From Octopus vulgaris (Eukaryota): DNA of 64,000 nucleotides. Location of the stretch: assembly GCA_951406725.2 (NCBI GenBank), contig OX597821.1, forward strand, positions 10,044,001 through 10,108,000, read 5' to 3'. Of the stretch, positions 1-12,943 are shown piece after piece. Position numbers and translations under genes: made by a program. Position 1 is the stretch's first letter, and every line of letters starts with the position of its first letter. The notes below the pieces were generated by a model that saw only the letters and a program-made list of their open reading frames with translations, searched no databases and was not told the origin of the DNA.

Positions 1-104
1 ATACCTGCGGATGTAGATCCAGCCCCTGCTTTGCCGGGTCCTGTCTCTGATCACGTTGCACCTCCAAGGGCATCCATTCACGGTGATGCCCTCAATCTTA
101 ATTA

Positions 105-2647
105 TGTGTGTATAGCTCACATAATTCGTCTGTGGCAGACGAGATTGAGAATTTTTATGCAACCCTTCGTTCAACTATTGAGCAAGTACCTCTTCATAAT
201 TTTCTAGTTATAGCTGGTGATCTGAATGCTAGACTAGGACCCGATGAGACCAAGTTTACTTTCAACTCTAAAACTAATCGGAACGGAGAAATGCTCAAAG
301 ACTTGTGGGAGGAATTTAATCTCTACACTTCCAACAATTCTTATGAAACCAAAAGGTCAACTTTGGACATTTGAGTCCTCACTTGATGATAGGGCACAAA
401 TTGACAACCTCATCTTTCGAAAGAAATGACGCAATAGTGTTAAAGACTCGAGATCCTACTCTTCCTTTAGTTCTGTCGGCTCTGACCACAGAATTGTATC
501 AGCTACCGTTAAGCTTAGTCTTCGCTCATCCAAAAAAGCTAAGCTTCACCCGATGAAAATGATCCACTGGGAGGAAGTCTTATCTAACCCCGATTTGTCC
601 AAACAATTTACTATCGAGGTCTATAACACATTTCAATCTCTGTCTACTTCTGAAATAGATGCTGAGAACATTGAAGGAGTATACATCAGCCTCATCAAAT
701 CAACAGAGGAAGTTGCACTGGCTACTCTTCCCAAAAGGAAGAGTAGGGGCCAGAGCAAACCTTCTAATTCCCCAAATGTCATCGAAGCCAGAAACCATCT
801 AAAGTCTATATCACTAGCTTACCACCTTTCTCCATCCCAGTCACTGAAGATCCAACTCATAGCTGCCAAGAAGAATCTTGATGAGGCTTACTTGAACGCC
901 GAGGTCGACTTTATCAATGACAAAATTAGTAAACTATCCAAAGTACACATTAGTAAAAAACACCATCTCGCCTGGAAATCCATCAAAGACCTATCAGGCG
1001 AAAATTCTGGGTCATCAATTAGAATTAAAGGGGGATCAGCTAAGAAGCGTTTAGAAAATTGGTCAACCCATTTTAAAAACCTCCCTGGGAAGAATGCCAA
1101 AATCCCTGATAACCCCACTCTTCCAAGTGTGCCAATATCAGACACGCTGGACATCAACACCTCCCCTTTTACCATATTTGAACTAACAGCAGCCACCAAG
1201 CAACTAAAAGCCTCGAAAGCATTTGGTCCCGACAACATCCCAGCTATAATTTGGAAGGATGATAGATTTCACACACTTTTGCTCAACCTCTGCAACCACA
1301 CTTTCCATCTTTGTCGCTCCCAAGATTTGGCACCAATCTCAAATCATTCCAATACCAAAAAAAGGCCATTTATCCCTCGTCACCAACTACAGGGGTATAT
1401 CTCTAATGTCAATTGCTGCAAAACGGTACAACAAACTGATCCTAAATCGTCTTGTCCTTTTTGTTGAACCTTTGCTCCGAAAGAACCAAAATGGATTCAG
1501 ACATGGGCGCTCAACGCTGAGCCAGATACTATGCCTACGCAGACTTATTGAAGACACAAAAGCATTTAATCGCGATCTTGCAATGGTATTTGTAGACTTT
1601 TCTAAAGCGTTCGATTCTGTAGATAGGTACAAGATGTTTGAAATCCTTAAGCTCTATGGGATACCAGACAAAATCATTTCTGCCATCAAGGTCCTCTACA
1701 CAGATACGTCTTCAACCATCTTAACCCCTGACGGAGAAACATCATCTTTCTCAATCAAAGCCGGAATACTGCAGGGAGACACACTCGCCCCATTTCTTTT
1801 CATCATTGTTGTTGATTATGTGCTACGTATGTCAGTTGATACCAACTCTGGCAAGGGTTTTGAAATAAAACCAAGAAGAAGTTCCAGACACCCAGCTGAG
1901 TACTTGACAGACACTGACTTTGCTGACGACATCGCTCTTATCAGTGATTCTCTCTCCAATGCCCAGTCTCTTTTACAATCTCTTGAACAAGCCTCAAATT
2001 GTGTAGGGCCTTACCTCAATGAGGCCAAAACTGAATACACAAACAAGTGCCTGTCCAACAGTCATTGCATCATCCATACTCTCAACAATGCGCCCTTAAA
2101 TATGGTTTCTGATTATAAATATATTGGGTCATACATATCATCATCTGGAAAAGACTTTCTAACTAGAAAGTGTATGGTCTGGTCAGCATGTAATGACATG
2201 CATAAGATCTGGTCATCAAATCTAAGTAGAGACTTCAAACTTGAAATCTTCAAAGCCACAGTCGAATCAATTCTACTATATGGCTCAGAAACCTGGACGT
2301 TATCAAAGAAGCTTGAGAGGCGGTTGGATGGAACCTACACTCGCCTCCTTATGAGAGCTCAAAATCTCTCGTGGAAGCGCCATCCAACCAAAATGCAAAT
2401 ATATGGGAAACTACCACCTGTGTCATCTCTTGTGAAAGGTAGGAGAGTCCAGTTTGCTGGACATTGTTGTAGAGCTGAAAAAGAAGTAATTTCTACCAGA
2501 GGGCGCACACTCTCCTACCCTGATGTAATCTCCAGGGATACAGGCATCCAGCAACAGGACCTCCGTAATGCCATGATGGACCGTGAAGTCTGGCGTAGCA
2601 TGGTAAATTCCATTGTCTCGACCACGGTCGAACAATGATGATGATGA
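105..2647 (+). mobile_element. RTE-clade LINE, 5'-truncated and frameshifted (APE endonuclease C-half + RT)
   Basis: ORF pieces 108-374 (GDLNARLG), SDH motif near 481, 553-1467 (KAFGPDNIP) and 1259-2638 (QNGFR, FVDFSKAFD, GILQGDTLAP, FADD, LLYGSETW). (TGA)n tail at 2636-2647. Confidence 0.95.
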
Positions 2648-3171
2648 GAAGGACAAAGCGATAGTGCTTTCTGCTTAATATGTGTGTGTATATGTGGTGT
2701 GAGTGTTTGCGTGCGGTACGGTGTGTATGTATGGTAGCATGTGTGTGTGTGTGACAGTAAATTCGTGTGTGTGTGTGTGTGTGTTCAGTGTGTGTTATTA
2801 ACTGTGTGTGTGTTATTAATTGTGTGAGTGTGCGTGGTATTATCTGCTGTCTGTGTTTGCCTATATGTGTGTATTCTGTGTGCGTGTGTAGAGGGATCTG
2901 TGCTTGTGTCTTACTCTCACTCTGAGAGGTCAGCAGCTATGGTGACAGGTATGTGAATGGGTGGTTGTGGAAGTGTGTGAGAGTGTGCTTAGAGAAAAAG
3001 GTTAATAGTGAGCCTGAAGCAATCGGAATGATGAGTGAATGTTTGGGTGTGGCTGTGTGTGTGTGTTTGGCATGTGTGCTTAGACCAAGTGGAATGTGTA
3101 TATGTGTATATAAGATTTTTATTAATCACAATTGTTTCGATACATCTAGCATCAGTCCCTTACGGTTGGTA

Positions 3172-3401
3172 TACTCTTTTACTCTTTTAATCTTTTACTT
3201 GTTTCAGTCATTTGACTGCGGCCATGCTGGAGCACCACCTTTAGTTGAGCAAATCGACCCCTGCACTTATTCTTTGTAAGCCCAGTACTTATTCTATCGG
3301 TCTCTTTAGCCGAACCGCTAAGTGACAGGGATGTAAACACACCAGCATCGGTGTCAAGCAATGCTAGGGGGACAAACACAGACACACAAACACACACACA
3401 T

Positions 3402-3443
<42 letters not shown>

Positions 3444-3608
3444 ACGACAGGCTTCTTTCAGTCTCTGTCTACCAAATCCACTCACAAGGCATTGGTCGGC
3501 CCGGGGCTATAGCAGAAGACACTTGCCCAAGATGCCACGCAGTGGGACTAAACCCGGAACCATGTGGCTGGTTAGCAAGCTACTTACCACACAGCCACTC
3601 CTGCGCCT
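3172..3608 (-). mobile_element. tRNA-derived SINE (octopus OK/OR-type) with internal (CA)/(TA) tract
   Basis: Minus strand has A box TGGCTGTGTGG, B-box-like GGTTTAGTCC and an (AAAAGAGT)-type tail. Homologous to 6910-9235. Confidence 0.85.
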
Positions 3609-4379
3609 ATCTTCATTCATATACAAGATAAGACAATAAAATAACATATGAAAAACAGAAACGAACAAACAATACAGCGAGAAATGTATTAAAGATAAAC
3701 GATAACGGATATGGATGTATAAACGCTCACGAGTAAAGTTGATGGCGCATGTACACTCTGTCACACAAGCATCTACGAAGAGGTACGCATCTGCACACGT
3801 AGGGTTTTGGTGTGCACACGTTCACATAGCGAGTTAAATCACTACTTGGTGTTAATAAGACTGGGGGACAATAAAGCTAAACTTAATTCATCCATACATT
3901 AAAGTAAATTATGTTAACAGGTACTCAACGTGCCATGTCCATCTGTGTCGGTATAATTGGCTGCGTTGTGGCGATATTTGGTACAAAACCACAGAAATTT
4001 GAGTTTGAAGTGTTTCTTCTATTGGTCGACGCAGTGGTGGTAGCATTGGTCAATAGCTGCGGTTGTTCTTCGGTATGTAGTGTCAGTGATTGAAAACCAG
4101 AAAGGACAAAGCTAATTCTAAGACTACAGGCTTAACCCATCTCTGGAATTGTAAAAATCAGTAAAACTTTCTAGAAGTGTATCATTTAGATATATATGTG
4201 CATGTTAAGGTATGTAACTATAAGCATACGAACACATACGTAATACAAAACATACAAATCTGCACATATACATACATATCTGTTGTTGATGCTGAAATTT
4301 CAATGAAGGAGACTTCGATCTAGGTTAGGAACCGACGTTTTATCTATTGACAAGAAATATTGAAACGAGACTGAACACT

Positions 4380-4490
4380 GACATACATATATGCATACAT
4401 ACATACATACATACATACATGCATACATATATACATACATACATACATACATACATACATACATACATACATACATACATGTATGTATGC
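4380..4490. repeat. (CATA)n microsatellite (duplicate at ~17218-17327)
   Basis: Direct reading. Confidence 0.95.
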
Positions 4491-4669
4491 CAAAGATTCC
4501 TTTAAGTTTTCGCCGACACTAAATTTGAAGCACTATAATAAATAGGTAACTTCATTTTGTCCCTTGCACATAAGTACTTGTTAGATACTTGAATCTCTGA
4601 GGTCGTTCAACGCAAACCTTCGACATGAGAGCTGGTCATTTGTTCGATTGTAATCATCGTGAAAATTTA

Positions 4670-5450
4670 GAAACATATGAACGTTGCTGGAGCTCATGTC
4701 ATTTTATTTTAAGAAAAAGACAAGGCAGCAGCGAAAAGCATGAGCAAGTTGTGTGCTGCGTACGAAGAAAATGCTGTTACGTAACGTGTGTACCAGAAGT
4801 GGTTGGAAAGTTTTGATCGGGTAAATTTCCGTTTCAAGTTGCACCTCACTCTGGTGGTTTACCTGAGATTAAAAGCGACACTAATCCTCGTTATACGGCA
4901 CGGCCTCGAAGACCTTAGGCATTCCCATAATAACGAAACTGAAATTCAAAAACCAATAGCCAAACTGAAAGTCGAAAAACAATCTACATCATAGTGTTTT
5001 CTGCTGTAGATTGGATATTTGATTCCCACACCAATTCAATGAGGCGACGATGTTCTAACATATACCTATTTGTGTTTCTTTGCAGGAGAGTAACGAAAGT
5101 GAACCATTTAATAATGCTGAGAAACTATAGCAATGAGAAATTCAAACAATCACGGAGGAAGCACGGCCAACCACTACAATCAACATCCAAGCCAACAATC
5201 CATTCTGAGCGGGTTATGCTTTCAAATTGGTGAGACTGTAAAGGGTGATTTCCCTCCCAAAATTTTTCCCAAGATCTGGGTCATCAATGTGGGTGTGTAC
5301 ATTGGCCACTTGGAAAAATTAAAACCTGCAGTGTTGCTTATTAGAAGTGCATTGTCTATACTCACGACACTGTTAGACCGCACATTTACTTGCAGATGGC
5401 GCAAAAGTTACTGGGAAGTTTTGCTCCAGCTTCAATATCCGCCTGACCTA
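4670..5450 (+). pseudogene. Degenerate mariner transposase relic
   Basis: Broken frames give the HTH region (CAAYEENAVT..YQKW), SKPTIHSERVMLSNW (cf. KP.LHPKKVML.IWWD) and WEVLLQLQYPPDL (cf. WEVLPHPPYSPDL). Confidence 0.75.
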
Positions 5451-6909
5451 GTATATTTGTTGTTGTTGTTGTTGTTGTGTGTGTGTGTGTGAGGATGTTG
5501 CAGTGTGTTCACGCAAAAAGAAAATGCCCCTAATGATATATCTCTGGCCGAATAACAAAGTACATCTATTTCTCAACGACTTTTAAGCAATGCATTGGAA
5601 GTACATTGAATCAAATTTAATATTTTTCAACGAAAACTGATTTTCGTCGTTTATACAATAAACTTCATCCAGTAATATATAAATATAGTATAAATTGTTT
5701 TCTAATATATTCTCAAATTTTAGATATTGTTGGACTACCGTGAAACAGATCAACGAATAAAACAATATGCTAAATATATATGCCAGTACTATATAAACAA
5801 TTTTCAAAGTGATACATAATATACAGATCTCAATATATTTGAAGTCTGTATTTACGTTCTACGTTGATAAAATTTAAAAGAATAAAACATATATTCTTTT
5901 CCATATCAATTTGTATGCGCACATATATATGTGTTTATGTCGGAATGTGTATGTGTCCATATGTGTGAGTTTGTGCGTAGGTGTTTGTGTGTGTCAGTGT
6001 GTGTTTCTGTGTGTATAATTAACTTTAGTTTGACTGTTCTTTTTCTTATTTCATATTTACTTATTTCTTTTAAATAATGATAATATAACAACTACATATG
6101 CGAATGTCGACGTTACTTAATCTCCCGGCTGGATTACTGAATTATAATTTTAGATCTATTTATTCATGGAAATCGTATAATTGTTTAGGGCTAGAAAGGT
6201 TTCTTTTGAAACAAATCAGTTTTCCTCTATACAGGCAAATAGGAATTTAGAAACCAGGCAGAGATAAATATCAACGTATAAATAGGGAGCGGTAGAGAAA
6301 GATAGGATGAGAGAGAAACATTGGGAGAGGTGGTGTTGGTTTCAGAAAGATAAGATTTAGGATACAAGAATATATAGAATTTACTTCTTCATTACTAAAT
6401 AAAGTTGAAGAGGGTACACTTCACTAATAAAGTGTTTTGCAATGCTAAGTCTTGCTCAAGAATATAATGCGACGCTGAATTGAAACTCAGGATATGTCAG
6501 CCGTGTCCCTTAGCGATGTCTCTTACCTGAGGTGTTTCATTATAATCATTTCTGAAGGGCATCAAAACATGTATTTTTGATATGTGAAATATTATTCTTA
6601 ATACATGTATAATAAATATATTGATTAATCCTCAGAAAACATTACCTGACAATACAATTAACAAGTATTGAGAAAGCTAGATTCTCGTGTTGCTGGTAAA
6701 TTGAGTGCTGACTGACTTCAAAAACACCAGATTACTTCTGAATTTCAAAATGAAAATGGAACCTCTTCTAGATGGGGTAGTTATGCGAAACATTGAAGTC
6801 CTGACCACTTCAAAGTTATTTGTAAAAATTATATCCAGAAGCGCATACAGTTAAAAAAGAACAATATGGTTGACCCTGTTATATGGGAATACATTACATT
6901 TTTTTTAAA

Positions 6910-9235
6910 AGCAGCGTTAGTGGCTGTGTGGTAAGTAGCTTCCTTACCAGCCACATGGTTCCGGGTTCAGTCCTACTGCGTGGCACCTTATAGGGTCGAC
7001 CAAAGCTTTGTGAGTGGATTTGGTAGACGGAAACTGAAAGAAGCATGTCGTATATATGTATATATATATATGTATGTGTGTGTGATTGTGTGTATGTGTT
7101 TGTCCCACTAGCATTGCTTGACAACCGATGCTGGCGTGTTTATGTTCCCGTCACTTAGCGGTTCGGCAAAACAACCGATTGAATAAGTACTGGGCTTACA
7201 AAGAATAAGTGCCGGTTAATATAGGGCGTTACGATTATCAGAAAATCAAAAAAAAATGTGTGTAATAGGTGTAAAACAACTTCCTATGAACGAATATGAA
7301 AAAAAGAATTCGCGCACGCGAAAGGGGGTGGGGGAGAGGCCTCGGAAAATTCACATCGGGAAGTTCCGAAAGCGTCTGAGGAGCTGACCCGGGCACCAAA
7401 ACAAAAAAAAAATAGTGTAATATGTGTAAAACAACTTGCTCTAAACGAATATGACAAAAAAAATGCGCTCTCGCGAAAGAGGGGTGGGGGACAGGCCTCG
7501 GAAAATTTATATCGGGAATTTCCGAAAGCGTCTGAACCGGGCACAAAAACAAAAACAAAAACAGCGTAATAGGTGTAAAACAACTTGCTCTAAACGACTA
7601 TCATGAAAAAAATGCGCGCTCGCGAAAGGGGGGTGGGGAGAGGCTTCCGAAATTTCACATCTTCAGTCCACGGCCTTTAAACTAAGAAAAAATAGTGTAA
7701 TTGGTGTAAAACTACTTGTTCTAAACGAGTATCAAGAACACCCACTCACACATGAATCATAAACTCCGTATTTTTGTACATATTTCGCAAAAAAAAAAAT
7801 AAATAAGGAGAAGAAATTCTGGAAAAAGTGAAGAAATGTTGGATCTCATTCCTTGGTTAAAGCTATTTTAAACATTAAATTTATGCTTTTCTTTGAAATA
7901 GTTCAGATATATGCAATTCTTCTCACTTATTAAGATGCATTTATCAGAAAAAAAGAGACAGAAAAAATTATTATTTTGTGTCAATCCTTCCCTAATTATC
8001 CTTTATTAATTAGTTTTGGCGTGTATTTTTTTCCCAAATTTATTTTTTCACCTTTACAACACTGTTTAGTAAAGCAATTAATTATCTTTATAATTTGCAT
8101 ATTTGACTTATTAATCAAAATTCTCTAGATGTAATATATACTAAGTAATGCATCCTTCATTTATGTGTTCCGTTCTGTATTATGCATGCGTGACTGTTTG
8201 TATGTGTGTTTAACTGTGCACATGAATGTGAATATTAAAGAACATATTTATTTACTATGATTGTTATTTTCAGAACAAATAAATCTTTTGGCTGTTATGT
8301 TATTGATGTTATTATTATTGCTAGTTAAAGGGTGGTGACTTGGCTGAATATTTTGAGTCTTGTAGTATGTAGTTGTGTTAGTCAATATTCTGAGTTCAAA
8401 TCCAACTCATTTCTTTATCATCATTATCGATGGACCACTCAAAGAGGTATGTATACATTATCATTTTCGTAACATAATTTCTGTAGTATTTCAAGATGTT
8501 TCTGACACGTATTTTGATTCACATGGCGGAGATCCAACATTTCTTCACTTTTTCCAGAATTTCTTCTCTTTATTTTTTTTTTTTTGCGAAATATGATTTT
8601 ATGATTCATGTGTGAGTGTGTGTTCTTGATACTCGTTTAGTACAAGTAGTTTTACACCAATTACACTATTTTTTCTTAGTTTAAAGTCCGTGGACTGAAG
8701 ATGTGAAATTTCCGAATCCTCTCCCCCAACCCCCTTTCGCGAGCGCGCATTTTTTTCATGATAGTCGTTTAGAGCAAATTGTTTTACACCTATTACGCTG
8801 TTTTTGTTTTTGTGCCCGGTTCAGACGCTTTCGGAAATTCCCGATATAAATTTTCCGAGGCCTCTCCCCCACCCCTCTTTCGCGAGAGCGCATTTTTTTG
8901 TCATATTCGTTTAGAGCAAGTTCTTTTACACATATTACACTATTTTTTTTTGTTTTGGTGCCCGGGTCAGTCCCTCAGACGCTTTCGGAACTTCCCGATG
9001 TGAATTTTCCGAGGCCTCTCCCCCACCCCCTTTCGCGCGCGCGAATTTTTTTTTTCATATTCGTTCATAGGAAGTTGTTTTACACCTATTACACACATTT
9101 GTTTTTTGATTTTCTGATAATCGTAACGCCCTATATTAACCTAAGTTCCGGGGTCGAGTTGCCCGATTAAAGGCGGTGCTCCAGCATGGCCGCACTCAAA
9201 TGACTGAAACAAATAAAAGAGTAAAAGAGAAAGAG
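6910..9235 (+). mobile_element. tRNA-derived SINE split by a 1.93-kb insertion (parts 6910-7213 and 9142-9235)
   Basis: A box TGGCTGTGTGG and B box GGTTCAGTCC. The SINE sequence resumes after 9141 with TAAGTTCCGGGGTCGA...GGCGGTGCTCCAGCATGGCC and the tail. Confidence 0.85.
7214..9141. mobile_element. Non-autonomous long-TIR (foldback) DNA transposon, Merlin-like
   Basis: TIRs 7214-7847 and 8529-9141 begin GGTTAATATAGGGCG and contain ~130-155 bp subrepeats. 8-bp TSD TAAGTGCC/TAAGTTCC. AT-rich non-coding spacer. Confidence 0.85.
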
Positions 9236-9283
9236 TTAGTATATTGGTGTACTAAACTTTCTGGAACATTAAGTCAAAGAAAA

Positions 9284-9500
9284 TGTTGGTTTCAAATTCT
9301 GACATAAGGCCAGGTGTTTCTGGGGAATTGGTAATTATTGGACATCGATCTGAGTAATCGACTAGTACTTATGTTATCGACCCTGAAATGGTGCATAGTA
9401 AAGCCGACCTCCGCGAAATTTAAACTCAGAATGTAAAGACCGGCAAATTGGCGCGAAACACTTTGCCCGACGTAGTAATGATTCTCTCAATCACAGCCTT
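9284..9500 (-). mobile_element. Second SINE family, degenerate (duplicate at ~22121-22337)
   Basis: Minus strand has a B-box-like GAGTTTAAAT followed by GAGGTCGGCTTT. Homologous to 54705-54805. Confidence 0.65.
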
Positions 9501-10399
9501 GGTGATAGAAACATTAAAAAAAAGGGAGTCACGACCACGAGAAACTCTTACTCCATTTGCTACCATATGACTGACAACAGTGAAAGCTGAGAAAATATAT
9601 GATCATAGCAACAAGACAAAGAGCAAGAGAAATAATACTACAAGAAACCAAAGGCATGCATCTACACATTTCGACCCGGTAAAAATGAAAAGGAAAGCAT
9701 TAGAATTCCAAAATATCCAACATGAATGAGACAGCGCCATCCTAACAAAAGCCAAAGTATTTGAGAGAATGGATATACTTTTATCCATCACTTACAAAAT
9801 CAGTACAAGTAAAATGAACAGTCAATTACCGCAACCAACACTCACCTGCAGCAGCAACAACCCCATAACAACCAACAACAATTATGTTGCAAACACAAGC
9901 ACAACCTAACTCATACACTCACAGTCGGAATATCACCCTCCCAAAAAAAGCATTAATGTTACCGCCCTAAAGGCAAGGAGAAATATAATTGACCAGTCAG
10001 ATATATATTCATACAAGCATAGCACAAAAACTACATGAAAAGTTACCTAACTTCAAGCTTTAAAAATGTTCTGATAGCACCAAATGTCAAGATTATAGGA
10101 AAACTATAAAACAGTCTCGAAGAATTCGAATTCGAAAGGAGTATTAACAAAACTATATACTCCTAGAACTGGGAAGAAGGAGGGGAACACTTGTATTTTA
10201 AAAGGATAATTTATTAGCGCCGCTTACTTTCCTCCATTCAATTACTACGGCCTTAGGCAGAATAAGTAATGTGATATACGTGGGCTGGACCCCCGCTTGC
10301 AGGCAGGGCAATTTACTCAACAATTTCAGATCAATAGTACGAAATTTTAAATACCACCATTTAGGTGGCTTCGGATGGTATGTAACCATGTTTACCAAC

Positions 10400-10685
10400 A
10401 TCTGGCGTGGACATCTGCCCGTAAAACTGATACCAGTGGTTATCGGAGCGTTGGGCTCAATTCCATTGAAACTTCAAGACTTCTTCAGGCAACTGGAAAT
10501 CCCATGCAAGATTGACGTCTTGCAAAAAGCAGCTTTATTGGACACAGCATACATCTTAAAGGAAAGTATTATTTGTCTTAGTTCCTTATTGTGACTTAGC
10601 AGAAAACTAAATTTTTGCCTACACCGTGTTATGCAGATACCACAACAACAACAACAACAACAGCAGCAGCAGCAACAACAACAAG
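10400..10685 (+). mobile_element. R4/Dong-like RLE LINE 3' fragment (duplicate at ~23235-23520)
   Basis: IPVVIGALGSIP...LQKAALLDTAYIL is the typical C-terminus after the restriction-like endonuclease. A (CAA/CAG)n tract follows. Confidence 0.75.
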
Positions 10686-11129
10686 ACCACACAGACAGTG
10701 GAAGCCTCCACCAAAGCAACACCAACATCCTCTCTACTATTAGCTGGAAATAATTTTTTAAATGAGAATAACTAAAATTAATTCGACTGCTCTGAGAAAC
10801 GAGAATACTAAAAATAAACCTGGCCGTTCTCGAAAAGGTAAAAAAAAAAAAACCGGAAAAATTATCCACAATCCTTGTCCTGTATCTGACGTATCACAAT
10901 GGTAATCGTGGACTGTGAAGGTGAATGTGTGGGGGTGCGTGTTTGTAATGCTGTGTGTGTGTGTATCCTCTGCAGTGGGAACGGGGGCAGTTTTCTCAAT
11001 CAGTTTGTGCCAGTCACAAAACTAAACATCCCTGAATGTTTCATCCGAATTCATCAAGCGGTTCTCAAGTTATCTTGTCAACGGACAAACAAACACGAAT
11101 GAAAATAATACCTCTAAGACGGCTGTAAT

Positions 11130-11148
11130 AATGATGATGATGATATTA

Positions 11149-11225
<77 letters not shown>

Positions 11226-11250
11226 ATTATCATTATTATTATTATTTTTA

Positions 11251-11297
<47 letters not shown>

Positions 11298-11301
11298 TTT
11301 A

Positions 11302-11351
<50 letters not shown>

Positions 11352-11476
11352 TTTATCATTATTATCATTATTATTATTATTATCATTATTTTTATCATTA
11401 TTATCATTATTATTATTATCATTATTATTATTATTATTTTTATCATTATTATCATTATTATTATTATTATTATTAA

Positions 11477-11553
<77 letters not shown>

Positions 11554-11570
11554 GTAGTAGTAGTAGTAGC

Positions 11571-11607
<37 letters not shown>

Positions 11608-11640
11608 ATTGTAGTAGTAGTAGTACTAGCAGTAGTAGTT
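11130..11640. repeat. Compound (ATT)n/(AGT)n microsatellite (duplicate at ~23965-24475)
   Basis: Direct reading. It is the source of the poly-I/L ORFs. Confidence 0.97.
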
Positions 11641-12189
11641 CATTTTCAATTATTTACATTTTTCGCCAACAATCCGAGGAAATGGACTGAGAATCTATGA
11701 ATATTTTTTTTTCAAAGACGGGAGAAAATAATGTGAATAATAGAACATTGCATCGACACAATTCACAGAAAATATCTGACAAGAGGCATGATAAAATATC
11801 GTGTGTAGCGACTCCCACGCTAAATAAATAGGAATACCGTAATGAGAGGAGAAAAAAACAAAAACAAATATTAAATTACAGACGAGTATAGCAAATACTG
11901 ATATAGAAATTTCTCGAGATAGATGAAAATCCATTCTGTGCATTGATATTTGAGCGTAGTTTTGGAAAATTTACTTTGTGTAGTTTATCTGTGGAATGAA
12001 ACGAAATTCAAAACTAACTGCTATGCTGATAATAGTGTTATGAGGTCTAATGATGCAATTTTATTTCGGGTTGCAGTATAATAAGCAAAACACATGAAAT
12101 GCCAAACGTCAGACAAACATTTAAAGAATAAATTGACATTGTGTATGTGTATGCATATATATATAGTAACAGAAAAGAGGAATTTCAGT

Positions 12190-12222
<33 letters not shown>

Positions 12223-12943
12223 AAATGTTTGCTTTTAGCACTGAGTTGATTGAATTATTGCTGGCGTCAACAACAAATGCCGAAAGTACGATAGGATATA
12301 GTAGATAACTATATAAAGCAAGCAGGAGAGGGAGAGAGAAAGGGAGAAAGAGAGACGGAGAAAGAGAAGGAGAGAGAAAGGAAGAGCAAGCAATAAATTT
12401 TGAAATATGGGGAGATACACACAAATGCTGGAACACAGTAAAAAATTAGATTCTTAAAGGCGTTTATTGAGATGGGCTGTACATATGAAAGTATCGTCAC
12501 GTAGTTTAACACCACCTCCTAAAACAATATGCCTTTAACGAAATTCCGGGGATTGAAGCATTTAGGGCAGGCATAAAAGTTGCCTTTCGTTTTACTGCAC
12601 TCCACTGGCGAAGCCCATGGATACTTTCATATATACAGCCTTTCTGAATTGCCTAGCGATAGCAATTCGATTTTTTTCATTTCAGAATGGAAAGAGCGCA
12701 AACGAATACGGCAACTCGTTAGTTCAGATGTTCTATCATTGAAATTCACTTTTGAAGTGACCAGAAGTAGAAGGACTTTATGGAATTTACAATTAACTGC
12801 ACCAGGGTTCCTCTTCCACAGGGAACCAGACCTAATGGTATACCTGCGGATGTAGATCCAGCCCCTGCTTTGCCGGGTCCTGTCTCTGATCACGTTGCAC
12901 CTCCAAGGGCATCCATTCACGGTGATGCCCTCAATCTTAATTA

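Larger units (their letters stand above)
1..12748. repeat. Tandem segmental duplication, copy A (5' end runs off the window)
   Basis: Position 1 matches 12840. All ORFs recur at an offset of 12835-12839 with only scattered SNPs and homopolymer/microsatellite indels. Confidence 0.97.

Noticed and set aside
6551-6600. CTGAAGG-hairpin-GAAA motif
   Set aside because: Core mismatch and no stem I pairing.
7262-7720. Regularly spaced repeats resembling a CRISPR array
   Set aside because: The intervening sequences are similar to one another and mirrored in the opposite TIR. The context is eukaryotic with no cas genes.
8691-8713. GGA-CTGAAGA-TGT-GAAA-TT-TCC hammerhead-like string in the foldback TIR
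   Set aside because: No room for stem II or III, so likely chance.
11114-11700. Poly-Ile/Leu ORFs (also 23949-24535, 28339-29045, 57999-58367)
   Set aside because: These are translations of trinucleotide microsatellites.
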